Source of the DNA: Syntrophorhabdus sp. PtaB.Bin047
Lineage (GTDB): Bacteria; Desulfobacterota; Syntrophorhabdia; Syntrophorhabdales; Syntrophorhabdaceae
Length of the DNA: 64,000 nt
Assembly: GCA_002067235.1 (NCBI GenBank)
Contig: MVQP01000006.1
Location: 70 to 64,069 of the forward strand
Reading direction: 5' to 3'
The notes under the pieces were generated by a model. It was not told the DNA's origin. It was given only the letters and a program-made list of their open reading frames with translations, and did no database searches. Made by a program: the position numbers and the translations under genes. Positions 55,139-63,315 of the stretch are shown here, piece after piece. Every line of letters begins with the position of its first letter. Position 1 is the first letter of the stretch.

Positions 55139-56242
55139 ATGAAGGCAGATCTGACGATAAGGTCGCACCTGCGGGATTATGGTGTCCATTTCGTTGGAGA
55201 GCTGGCGGTTCCGCTGCGGGAGCTTGCCGACGGACACGCCTTCTTCGTGATAGACGCGCTGGTGTGGAGAACCTACGCCCCGGTGTTTCAGGCTGTGGTC
55301 GGCGAGGATCGCCTCCTGACCATCGAAGCCGTGGAAACGAACAAGACGCTCGACAAATGCCGAGAGATCATTGAAACTCTTGTTGACCGCCGCGTTCGCC
55401 GGGGCGACAGACTGGTCGCGGTGGGAGGCGGGATCATACAGGACGTGACGGCCTTCACGGCTTCCATAACGTACAGGGGGATCGAATGGTCTTTTGTTCC
55501 GACTACACTCCTTGCCCAGGCGGACAGCTGCATCGGGAGCAAGACATCCATCAATCTTGGCGACAGGAAGAATCTTGTGGGTAATTTCTATCCTCCCTCG
55601 GATGTATACATCGACACAGGCTTCCTTGAATCTCTCTCCGTTGATGACATCAAGTCCGGTATCGGGGAGATCCTCCATTATTACATCTACGCAAACGATG
55701 ACGCCCTTGACGATCTGTTGGGGGACTACGCGACCTTGATCCGGGACCGCGGGCTGCTCTCGACGCATATCCGGAGAAGCCTCGAGATCAAGCGCTCCGT
55801 GATCGAGGCAGACGAGTTCGATCGGGGAGAGCGTAACAAGTTCAATTATGGCCATACCTTCGGGCACGCCCTGGAATCCGCTACAGGTTATGCCGTCAAG
55901 CACGGTCAGGCCGTAACGGTGGGAATGGACCTTGCCAACTACATGTCAACGACCATGGGTTTAATGAGTGATGAACGCTTTCAGGACCTCCACCGGAGAC
56001 TGTCTGTCAATTTTCCGGAATACGATCTCGCCACGATCGACCTCGAGGCGTACTGCGAAGCCCTTTCAAAGGACAAGAAGAACATGGGCGATAATGTAGG
56101 ATGCATACTCGCGCAGGACGTCGGCATTCTTTTCAAGCGGCAATTGCCCATGGATGAGACATTCAGGGAAACCGTCCGCAGGTATTTTCTCGAATTCTCG
56201 CCCGGGAAGGACCGGGACGTCCGGCGCGCCGATCCACGATGA
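55139..56242 (+). CDS. 3-dehydroquinate synthase-fold enzyme (sugar-phosphate cyclase / NAD-dependent oxidoreductase family)
   Basis: 'VAVGGGIIQDVTAF', 'KSGIGEILH', 'NYGHTFGHALE', 'KHGQAVTVGM' match the DHQS nucleotide and metal-ligand regions. AGGAGG lies upstream of ATG 55139. Confidence 0.75.
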   Translation: MKADLTIRSHLRDYGVHFVGELAVPLRELADGHAFFVIDALVWRTYAPVFQAVVGEDRLLTIEAVETNKTLDKCREIIETLVDRRVRRGDRLVAVGGGIIQDVTAFTASITYRGIEWSFVPTTLLAQADSCIGSKTSINLGDRKNLVGNFYPPSDVYIDTGFLESLSVDDIKSGIGEILHYYIYANDDALDDLLGDYATLIRDRGLLSTHIRRSLEIKRSVIEADEFDRGERNKFNYGHTFGHALESATGYAVKHGQAVTVGMDLANYMSTTMGLMSDERFQDLHRRLSVNFPEYDLATIDLEAYCEALSKDKKNMGDNVGCILAQDVGILFKRQLPMDETFRETVRRYFLEFSPGKDRDVRRADPR

Positions 56243-58080
56243 TCCGTCTTTGCCACGCGGCGGTATCGTCCGCAACGCTCAAAAGGAAGAGGTTCTTCAG
56301 GGAAACGGGCGATTCCGGCCAATGGCTGTACCTGGGACGGGACTACCTGTGCTTCAGAAATTGGCGGCAGGCCCTGGGGCCTTCATGGGAGCACAGGGAA
56401 TACAGCAACGAACTGCAGTCCCTGGCCCATAAGTGGCGCGTGCCCTACCTTGACTGGGTCACCGGGCTTGGAAGGAAGAACAACACTCTGGCATGGTGGA
56501 CCTCGTCCGTCTCGGAGCGGAACACCTACGGCAGTTCCCTCTATCATTCGATCTGCTACCTCAGCATCGGGCTTTCCGTGCTGGCCTCGGAGAGACCTCC
56601 CTCGCTGGTTGTGATCGAGAGCTCCGCCGTGCTTCATGCTCTTGCGGGGCATCCAGATCTTGCGGGAAGGGTGCATGTGCTGGATTCGCGAACCAACCGT
56701 CTGAAGGAGATGTGCCGATGGATAGCGTCGTGGGCCCGGTACTTCATCAGGACGGCGGGGTCAGTCTGGAACGCATACGTGACCAGGAGCCCGGGCGCAA
56801 CCCCGGAGGAGGAGAAAGACCGGCCAAGGGTGCTTATCCACACCTGCATAGACGATAGCTACTTCGGAGAGGACGGCGTTGCGAGGGACCGCTACTTCGG
56901 GACATTGGCCCGCGAGCTTCGCCACCGCGGTTACGACGTTGTGGTCCTGCCGTGGATATACAGCCTGCGGCGTTCCCAGCGCGAGGCCTTCCGATGGTTC
57001 CGGCAACATCCCGGGGAGTACCTCCTGCCTGAGGATTTTTGCTCCCCCCGGGACTACGTCTGGGCCGCGGGGATCGTTATGCGACAGAGCTTCATGCTGA
57101 AGGGACAGCACGTTTTTCTCGGAATGGATATCACGGGGCTTGTTCGGGAGGCCTGCCGGCAGCAGGGAAGCAGGACGGAGACCGCGAGGTTCGTTCTTTA
57201 CTACAGGTTGGTGCGGCACCTCCTGAACCGCCGGGTGCGGTTGGACCGCTTCATAGACATGCATGAGAACATGGTCACCGAAAAACCCCAAATAATGGCT
57301 TTTCGCGAGTTTATGCCCTGGGTCACGCTTGTCGGTTTCCAGCACTACAGCGAGAGCATTCCCCTCATGCTGTGCCTGTTCACCACGCCGGAGGAGGCCG
57401 AATTTGCTCCTCACCCGGACTACATCGTATGCAATTCGCCGCACATGCTTTCCAGGATGGAGCAGATGGGTTTTCCCCGGGATAAGCTCAGGGCAGGTCC
57501 GTCACTGCGTTACCAGCATCTGATTGGCAAACCGGCGTCCGCCGCCCCCGAAAGTAAAAAGGTCCTGGTGGTCCTGCCCCTGGGCAGGGACTATACGGCT
57601 GAGATGATGGACCTTCTTCTGGAGGGTTTCAGGGAACCGGAGGGTCTGGAGTTCTGGTTGAAACCTCATCCCATGCTTGACGAGAAGGAACTACGGACGA
57701 TCACCAGGGGTATTCCGGAGCATTTCAGCGTGGTAGAGGGCAATATGGACCAGTGGCTTGCGCGGGCCGCATGCGTCGTGGTCTCCGGCAGTACCTCTTC
57801 CTTTGAGGCGGCGCTTGCCGGCATACCTGTCGTGGTGGTGGGCAGGAGGACGGATCTTGATCTCAACCCGCTCAGCTGGTTCTCCGAGTTTGCGCCGGCC
57901 GTACACTCACCGGCGGAGCTTCGGGACGAGGTGTTGCATTCTCTGAGCCTGACCGGGAAGCAGATGGGCGCTCTGAGCGCCTGGGCCGAAAAGATGCGTG
58001 AACGCGCCATCTCGGCGATCACGGACGAGACCGTGGGGGCCTTTATGGAACAGCGGGGTGAAAAGAGGCGTGCATCATGA
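56239..58080 (+). CDS. large hypothetical protein with a GT-B-like C-terminal half (candidate glycosyl/ulosonic-acid transferase)
   Basis: 613 aa with ATGA overlap to the DHQS-like gene. The C-terminal 'KKVLVVLPLG...ACVVVSGSTSSFEAALAGIPVVVVG' pattern resembles the nucleotide-sugar-binding Rossmann half of GT-B enzymes. Confidence 0.45.
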   Translation: MIRLCHAAVSSATLKRKRFFRETGDSGQWLYLGRDYLCFRNWRQALGPSWEHREYSNELQSLAHKWRVPYLDWVTGLGRKNNTLAWWTSSVSERNTYGSSLYHSICYLSIGLSVLASERPPSLVVIESSAVLHALAGHPDLAGRVHVLDSRTNRLKEMCRWIASWARYFIRTAGSVWNAYVTRSPGATPEEEKDRPRVLIHTCIDDSYFGEDGVARDRYFGTLARELRHRGYDVVVLPWIYSLRRSQREAFRWFRQHPGEYLLPEDFCSPRDYVWAAGIVMRQSFMLKGQHVFLGMDITGLVREACRQQGSRTETARFVLYYRLVRHLLNRRVRLDRFIDMHENMVTEKPQIMAFREFMPWVTLVGFQHYSESIPLMLCLFTTPEEAEFAPHPDYIVCNSPHMLSRMEQMGFPRDKLRAGPSLRYQHLIGKPASAAPESKKVLVVLPLGRDYTAEMMDLLLEGFREPEGLEFWLKPHPMLDEKELRTITRGIPEHFSVVEGNMDQWLARAACVVVSGSTSSFEAALAGIPVVVVGRRTDLDLNPLSWFSEFAPAVHSPAELRDEVLHSLSLTGKQMGALSAWAEKMRERAISAITDETVGAFMEQRGEKRRAS

Positions 58081-58108
58081 GTGACCTCGGGGATAAGGAA
58101 GAGGTAGA

Positions 58109-59014
58109 GTGATCTTTCAGGTATTGCGCTTCGTCAGTCGGGCATCGGGAAAGATATCCAGCGTAGCGAACGAACTCTCGTCAAGGTTTGCTCCCGGGAG
58201 TGTTCAGGAGGACCTTGTTCTTGATTCGACCTCTTACGACATGGTCAACGCCACCGACGAGGCCTATTACGCGGAGCAATACTGGAGTGTTTTTTCCCGG
58301 TTTCTCACGGAAATCCCGGATACTTCCTCCTGCCTGGACCTGGGATGCGGTCAGGGACGTTTCAGCTTGAAACTGGCAGAGAGGTTTCCGCGGGGCACGG
58401 TCCTGGCCTGTGACATTTCAGAGAAAGCCATTGCAGCGGCCCGGATAAACGCGAGGAACGCGGGATTGAAGAACGTTGACTTCGAGGTCTCCTCGATCGA
58501 GGATGCCCTGGGGCTGCGTACCGGAGGAAGTCGGGAGTTGATAATGATGACGGAGGTATCGTTCTACTATCCCGGCTGGCGGGAACAGATGCCCGGGGTC
58601 ATGAGGGTTCTCAAGCCGGGAGGATTGCTGGTTGCCTCCTTCAGAAGCCAGTACTTCGATGCCCTGTGTTCCGCTGACCGCAGGTACTGGGACGATGTGC
58701 CTGTGCTTCTCGGCGACCGAAAGGGCCGGATATTCAACTCTCCCAAGGAGTTCAGCTGGCAGAGATCGGAGGAGCTCCGTTCATTTTTGACCCGTGATTG
58801 TGGGCTCAACCTGCTCGTCATGTTCGGAATCGGTGTCTGTTCCGGCATCCCCGGAGATCCGCACGAACATATCGTTCGCCCCTCTGAGCTGAACGGGCGC
58901 GAACGCGAGCACCTGATGAGACTGGAGATGGGGTTGGGCGAGAGCGTGCCCGATGCGGGGCGTTACATTCTTGCCGTGGCCCGGAAAGGAAACCAAAAAA
59001 GGAAATCGTCATGA
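58109..59014 (+). CDS. class I SAM-dependent methyltransferase
   Basis: GTG start. 'CLDLGCGQGRF' motif I. Confidence 0.8.
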   Translation: MIFQVLRFVSRASGKISSVANELSSRFAPGSVQEDLVLDSTSYDMVNATDEAYYAEQYWSVFSRFLTEIPDTSSCLDLGCGQGRFSLKLAERFPRGTVLACDISEKAIAAARINARNAGLKNVDFEVSSIEDALGLRTGGSRELIMMTEVSFYYPGWREQMPGVMRVLKPGGLLVASFRSQYFDALCSADRRYWDDVPVLLGDRKGRIFNSPKEFSWQRSEELRSFLTRDCGLNLLVMFGIGVCSGIPGDPHEHIVRPSELNGREREHLMRLEMGLGESVPDAGRYILAVARKGNQKRKSS

Positions 59015-60123
59015 CAATACCTGTTTCAAGACCCTCCATAGGTCAGGAGGAACTCAAGGAAGTTGGAAAGGTGTTTGCCACGGGCTGGCTGGGACTGGGA
59101 TCCACGGTGTTCGAGTTCGAGAAGGAATTGGAGGGCTATCTGGGGGCGAGGCACGTGCTTGCCGTAAACAGCGGCACGACGGCACTGCATATCGCGCTGG
59201 ATGCCCTGGGGGTGGGAAGGGGCGATGAGGTCATCGTGCCTTCTCTGACATTCTGCGCCAGTGTTCAGGCCATCACCTCCCTCGGGGCAGTGCCGGTGTT
59301 CTGCGAGGTCAGTCCCGAGGACCTCAATATCAACGTGGCCGATGTGGAGAGAAGGATCACGCGCAGGACGAAGGCGATCATGCCCGTTCATTATTGCGGG
59401 CAGGCCTGCGATATGGACCGTCTGCTGGAAATGGGCAGGGCAGGGAACATTTCCATCGTGGAGGACGCCGCTCACGCCTTCGGGTCTTCCTGGAAGGGCA
59501 GGAGACTGGGGAGTTTCGGAGACGTGACATGCTTCAGCTTCGACCCCATCAAGAATCTGACCTGCGGGGAAGGAGGGGCTGTCGTCCTGTCAGATGATGG
59601 TGTCGCCGAGCTCGTTCGCACGAAAAGGATCCTGGGTATCGACAAGGACACGTGGCACCGCTACAGGAACGAGCGGGCATGGTTCTACGAGGTGACAACA
59701 CAGGGCTACCGCTATCACATGAGCAACATCAACGCGGCCATAGGCCTTGCCCAGTTGAAGAAATTCGAGTCCTTCGTGGAGAAGAAGAAGGACGTGGTCC
59801 GCAGGTACAACGAGGCGTTTCGGCACATAGAGGGCCTCAGGGTACTCAACTGGAACCTGGACGATACGGCCCCCTTCACCTACATCCTCAGGGTGTTGAA
59901 TGACAGGAGGGAGGAGCTCATCGCGTTCCTAGCACAGAGGGACATCGGTACCGGGATCCATTACATCCCCAATCACTTGCAGCCGTTCTTCAAGGAGTAT
60001 TCCACACCGCTTCCCGCCACGGAGGAGATCGGAGAGCAGATACTGACCCTCCCGCTGTTTTATGATATGACGGAGGAGCAGATCCGGTCGGTCATCCGGT
60101 CGGTCAGCGAGTTTTTCCTCTGA
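59011..60123 (+). CDS. DegT/DnrJ/EryC1/StrS-family sugar aminotransferase (second copy)
   Basis: 'VEDAAHAFGS' and 'FSFDPIKNLTCGEGG'. ATGA overlap with the methyltransferase gene. Confidence 0.88.
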   Translation: MTIPVSRPSIGQEELKEVGKVFATGWLGLGSTVFEFEKELEGYLGARHVLAVNSGTTALHIALDALGVGRGDEVIVPSLTFCASVQAITSLGAVPVFCEVSPEDLNINVADVERRITRRTKAIMPVHYCGQACDMDRLLEMGRAGNISIVEDAAHAFGSSWKGRRLGSFGDVTCFSFDPIKNLTCGEGGAVVLSDDGVAELVRTKRILGIDKDTWHRYRNERAWFYEVTTQGYRYHMSNINAAIGLAQLKKFESFVEKKKDVVRRYNEAFRHIEGLRVLNWNLDDTAPFTYILRVLNDRREELIAFLAQRDIGTGIHYIPNHLQPFFKEYSTPLPATEEIGEQILTLPLFYDMTEEQIRSVIRSVSEFFL

Positions 60124-60181
60124 GAGGATACGGTATGACCGGGGTCGCGGTACTGCCCCGGGGAGATAGAGGATAATCTTC

Positions 60182-61123
60182 ATGGGTCTGACAGAAAAGA
60201 CGGGCAATCCCCTTGTGAGCGTTGTGATACCGGCCTATAACGCGGGCCCGTTCATCGAGGAGACCGTTGGTTCCGTCCTCGACCAAACGTATACGGATAT
60301 CGAGGTGATCGTGTGCGATGACGGCTCTACGGACGACACCGTTGAAAAGATCCGTGCGATGATGGAAAAGGACTCGCGTGTCAGGCTGGTAACACAGGAC
60401 CGCGGCGGCGTCTCGCGCGCCAGGAACCTTGCGATCGGCAGCGCGCGCGGGGACTTCATTGCCCTCCTGGATCATGACGACGTGTGGAGCGCGACGAAGC
60501 TGGAGAAACAGATGCCGTTGTTCAATGATGAGAAAGTGGGGCTCGCGTACTGCGATGCCTTTCACTGGCTGAACGGCAGGAAAGACACCGACCGGGTCTT
60601 TGCCAGGGTCAAGCCCTTCAGGGGCAGGGTGTTCGGGCAGCTTCTGGAGAATTTCTTCATCCTCTGCCAGTCGGCCGTCATACGCAGGCGCCTGCTCGAC
60701 GGGATGGAGTATGTATTTGACCCCGCGATGGAAATGTGCGAAGAATATGACCTGTTCCTTCGGCTGGCACTGGTCACCGATTTTGACTACGTGGACGAGC
60801 CGCTGGTGAGGTGGAGGATCCACGGTAGTAACGACACCTTCCTGCGGCCGGAGTTGAAGATCGTTGATATGAACAGGATAATCGGAAAGCTGCTTCACTC
60901 CAACGCGGACCTGGCCGGGGAGTATGGGAGACAGGTGGAAAGCTTCAGGAAGAGCATACGGTACTATCAAGCCGGCCTGTACTGGAAGGACGGAAGGAAG
61001 ATGAAGGCCTTCGCCGGGTTTTTCTCCCTGGCCGGATACAGGATACAGAGCATCGTCCTTGCTCTCCTGTCTTTGTGCATAAGCTACGACACCTACGTGT
61101 CGCTTCGCTATGGCAGAAAATAA
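60182..61123 (+). CDS. family 2 glycosyltransferase
   Basis: 'VSVVIPAYNAGPFIEETVGSVLDQTY', 'VCDDGSTDDT', 'LDHDD'. Confidence 0.88.
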   Translation: MGLTEKTGNPLVSVVIPAYNAGPFIEETVGSVLDQTYTDIEVIVCDDGSTDDTVEKIRAMMEKDSRVRLVTQDRGGVSRARNLAIGSARGDFIALLDHDDVWSATKLEKQMPLFNDEKVGLAYCDAFHWLNGRKDTDRVFARVKPFRGRVFGQLLENFFILCQSAVIRRRLLDGMEYVFDPAMEMCEEYDLFLRLALVTDFDYVDEPLVRWRIHGSNDTFLRPELKIVDMNRIIGKLLHSNADLAGEYGRQVESFRKSIRYYQAGLYWKDGRKMKAFAGFFSLAGYRIQSIVLALLSLCISYDTYVSLRYGRK

Positions 61124-61140
61124 CGATATGGTGCGGGGCA

Positions 61141-62634
61141 ATGAAAAACATTTCGAACATCATCTCCTTATCGAGAGCGTACCTGAATGAGAACTCCGTG
61201 TATCTCTGCCTTCTGTCCACGGTGTGTCTGTGCGCCCTGTATTTCTTTCTCAGGTTCCAGTTCGGTCTGACCTGGGACGTCCTGGTGGTCCTGTATGCCT
61301 CCGTGGGATACCTCATCATTCACCTCTTTCTGAGTCTCATCGGTGATGTGAGGTCGGTGAAGTACCTTGTCAGGAACAAGCTGGACCTCGCGTTCCTCCT
61401 TTTCTTCCTGCACAACGCCGTGTTTGTTCCCCTGACCTTCTACCGGTATGGGCGGCTGGAGGGCCTCTACGCCGCGAAAAACTACCTCGTCCCCCTCGCG
61501 GTGTATTTCGTCGTCGTCTATTTCCTGAGGCACAGGGACGCGTCGAGGGTCATCGGTTGGGTTCTCCTCTGCAGTGTCCTCGTATCGGGGATCTACGTTG
61601 CTGAGATGGCAAGCGTCCGGTACGCTCCCCTCGAGGTGAAGGCCCCCGTAGAGGATGCCTTTGGGGTCTTCAAGTATACACGTGCCATGGACCTGTACGC
61701 GAAGGAGAAGCAAGCGGAATGCCGCGGTGTTACGAAATCGTGGACAAAGAGCGACAGGAGTCTTTACATACGACTTCCGGGGCCGGCGGGTCACAGCAAT
61801 GCCACGGCATTCGTGATAGCGATCGGAACGGTGCTCGCCTTCGCCGCGGTCGTCTTCGGACCCGCCACATGGCACAGGGGAATTGGCCTTTTCCTCTGCG
61901 CGATAGGCCTCTTCTGGGGGTGTTCACGAACGAACATGATCGGCGCCGGTCTGGCCATCCTTGCCCTCCTTGGCCTCGGGTTGTGGACGGGAAATGTGAG
62001 GAGACGGGACGCCCTGTTGCTCGTTGTGGCGGTCCCCTCAGTGATACTGCTGCTGGTGCTCTTCCAGGTGATAGACTGGAAGGCCTACCAGCAGATATTC
62101 AATCTCAAACAGACGTACTACACCTTGACGGCGACCATCGACAAGGAGACGGTACGCGAACTGGTCGTGCTCAAGGGGTCGAACCCCGCATCATTTGTCT
62201 GGGGTTCAGGCATCGCCCCGATCCTCTCCGACACCTACAGTTCGGGGTTGTATCTTGGACAGACCATAGCCAGCGACGACGCCTTTTACCTCCAGGTGCT
62301 GAGCCAGTACGGAATAGTCTGCGTGGCAATGTACATTGGGCTGATGGTCATCGGATTGAAGGGGGCCATCGGGTCCTTCTACAGGAATGACCCGGAATAT
62401 GTCAGGAAATACGAATATGTCCCCTTCGGCCTGATTGGCCTCATAGTGCTTGGGATGATCAACATATTCCATGGGGCCTCCCTTATCAAGCCGCACGTTT
62501 CCATGATATTCTACGTCTCGATAGGGTGCATGTCCGTCATCCTGTCGCGCAGAGGTTCCGAGGATGCCGAACGCGAGGCGCTCGATGCAGGTCGGACCGG
62601 GGTCCGGGCAAGGCTTCTGAGGGTCGATCCCTAG
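61141..62634 (+). CDS. polytopic membrane protein, O-antigen polymerase/ligase (Wzy_C-like) family
   Basis: About 10-12 TM segments with one larger loop containing 'RLPGPAGHSNATAF'. Start at ATG 61141. Confidence 0.6.
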   Translation: MKNISNIISLSRAYLNENSVYLCLLSTVCLCALYFFLRFQFGLTWDVLVVLYASVGYLIIHLFLSLIGDVRSVKYLVRNKLDLAFLLFFLHNAVFVPLTFYRYGRLEGLYAAKNYLVPLAVYFVVVYFLRHRDASRVIGWVLLCSVLVSGIYVAEMASVRYAPLEVKAPVEDAFGVFKYTRAMDLYAKEKQAECRGVTKSWTKSDRSLYIRLPGPAGHSNATAFVIAIGTVLAFAAVVFGPATWHRGIGLFLCAIGLFWGCSRTNMIGAGLAILALLGLGLWTGNVRRRDALLLVVAVPSVILLLVLFQVIDWKAYQQIFNLKQTYYTLTATIDKETVRELVVLKGSNPASFVWGSGIAPILSDTYSSGLYLGQTIASDDAFYLQVLSQYGIVCVAMYIGLMVIGLKGAIGSFYRNDPEYVRKYEYVPFGLIGLIVLGMINIFHGASLIKPHVSMIFYVSIGCMSVILSRRGSEDAEREALDAGRTGVRARLLRVDP

Positions 62635-62712
62635 CGTGGATAAAGGTCCCGTGCCCTGAGAAAGACATCCCGTAAATGGTTCGTTCTTTCAGGTGTCGCC
62701 CTTGCGGGGTTT

Positions 62713-63315
62713 TTGTGCACGCTTCTTCTTGCCCTCAACATCGCGGGCTGGCTCAAAGGGAATGATGTGCCCCTGCCCTCCCGCGCCATCCTTGTACTTT
62801 CCGGTCCGCCGACACGGTCGTTTTACGCAGCTGACCTCTACAGACAGGGATTCGCGGGCGAGGTCTACGTTACCCGCCCGGTCAGGGAGCCGTTTGCCAG
62901 GATGCTCGACGAGGCGGGGATACCCTATCCCAGGACCGAGCAACTGCACGTCGCCGTTCTGCTGAAGATGGGTGTTCCGGCGACGCGCATCCATGTCGTC
63001 GGGGAGCCCTGTCTCAGTACGGCCGACGAGGCGGAGGTGGCGCGGCACATATTTTCCGGCAGGGACTGCAGCATCCTCGTCGTCACATCGCCATACCACG
63101 TGAGGAGATCGGTCATGATCTTCGGAGACGTGATGAAGGGTTGCAGATTTACCGTTCTGGGCACTCCCTATGAGAGCTTTCCGGGCAAATGGTGGAAAGA
63201 CCAGGACGCGGCGAGAAATGTCCTGCTTGAGGTGTCCAAGATCATATTCTACAGGTTGGGCGGAAGGTTCGGGGCGGAAAACGACAGGGGCGGTACAAGA
63301 GAACGGGATGGTTAA
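62713..63315 (+). CDS. DUF218 (YdcF/ElyC/SanA-like) protein
   Basis: 'AILVLSG', 'STADEA' and 'ILVVTSPYHVRRS' are typical of DUF218. The annotated TTG start truncates an in-frame N-terminal TM helix; see the finding on a possible CTG start at 62656. Confidence 0.75.
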   Translation: MCTLLLALNIAGWLKGNDVPLPSRAILVLSGPPTRSFYAADLYRQGFAGEVYVTRPVREPFARMLDEAGIPYPRTEQLHVAVLLKMGVPATRIHVVGEPCLSTADEAEVARHIFSGRDCSILVVTSPYHVRRSVMIFGDVMKGCRFTVLGTPYESFPGKWWKDQDAARNVLLEVSKIIFYRLGGRFGAENDRGGTRERDG

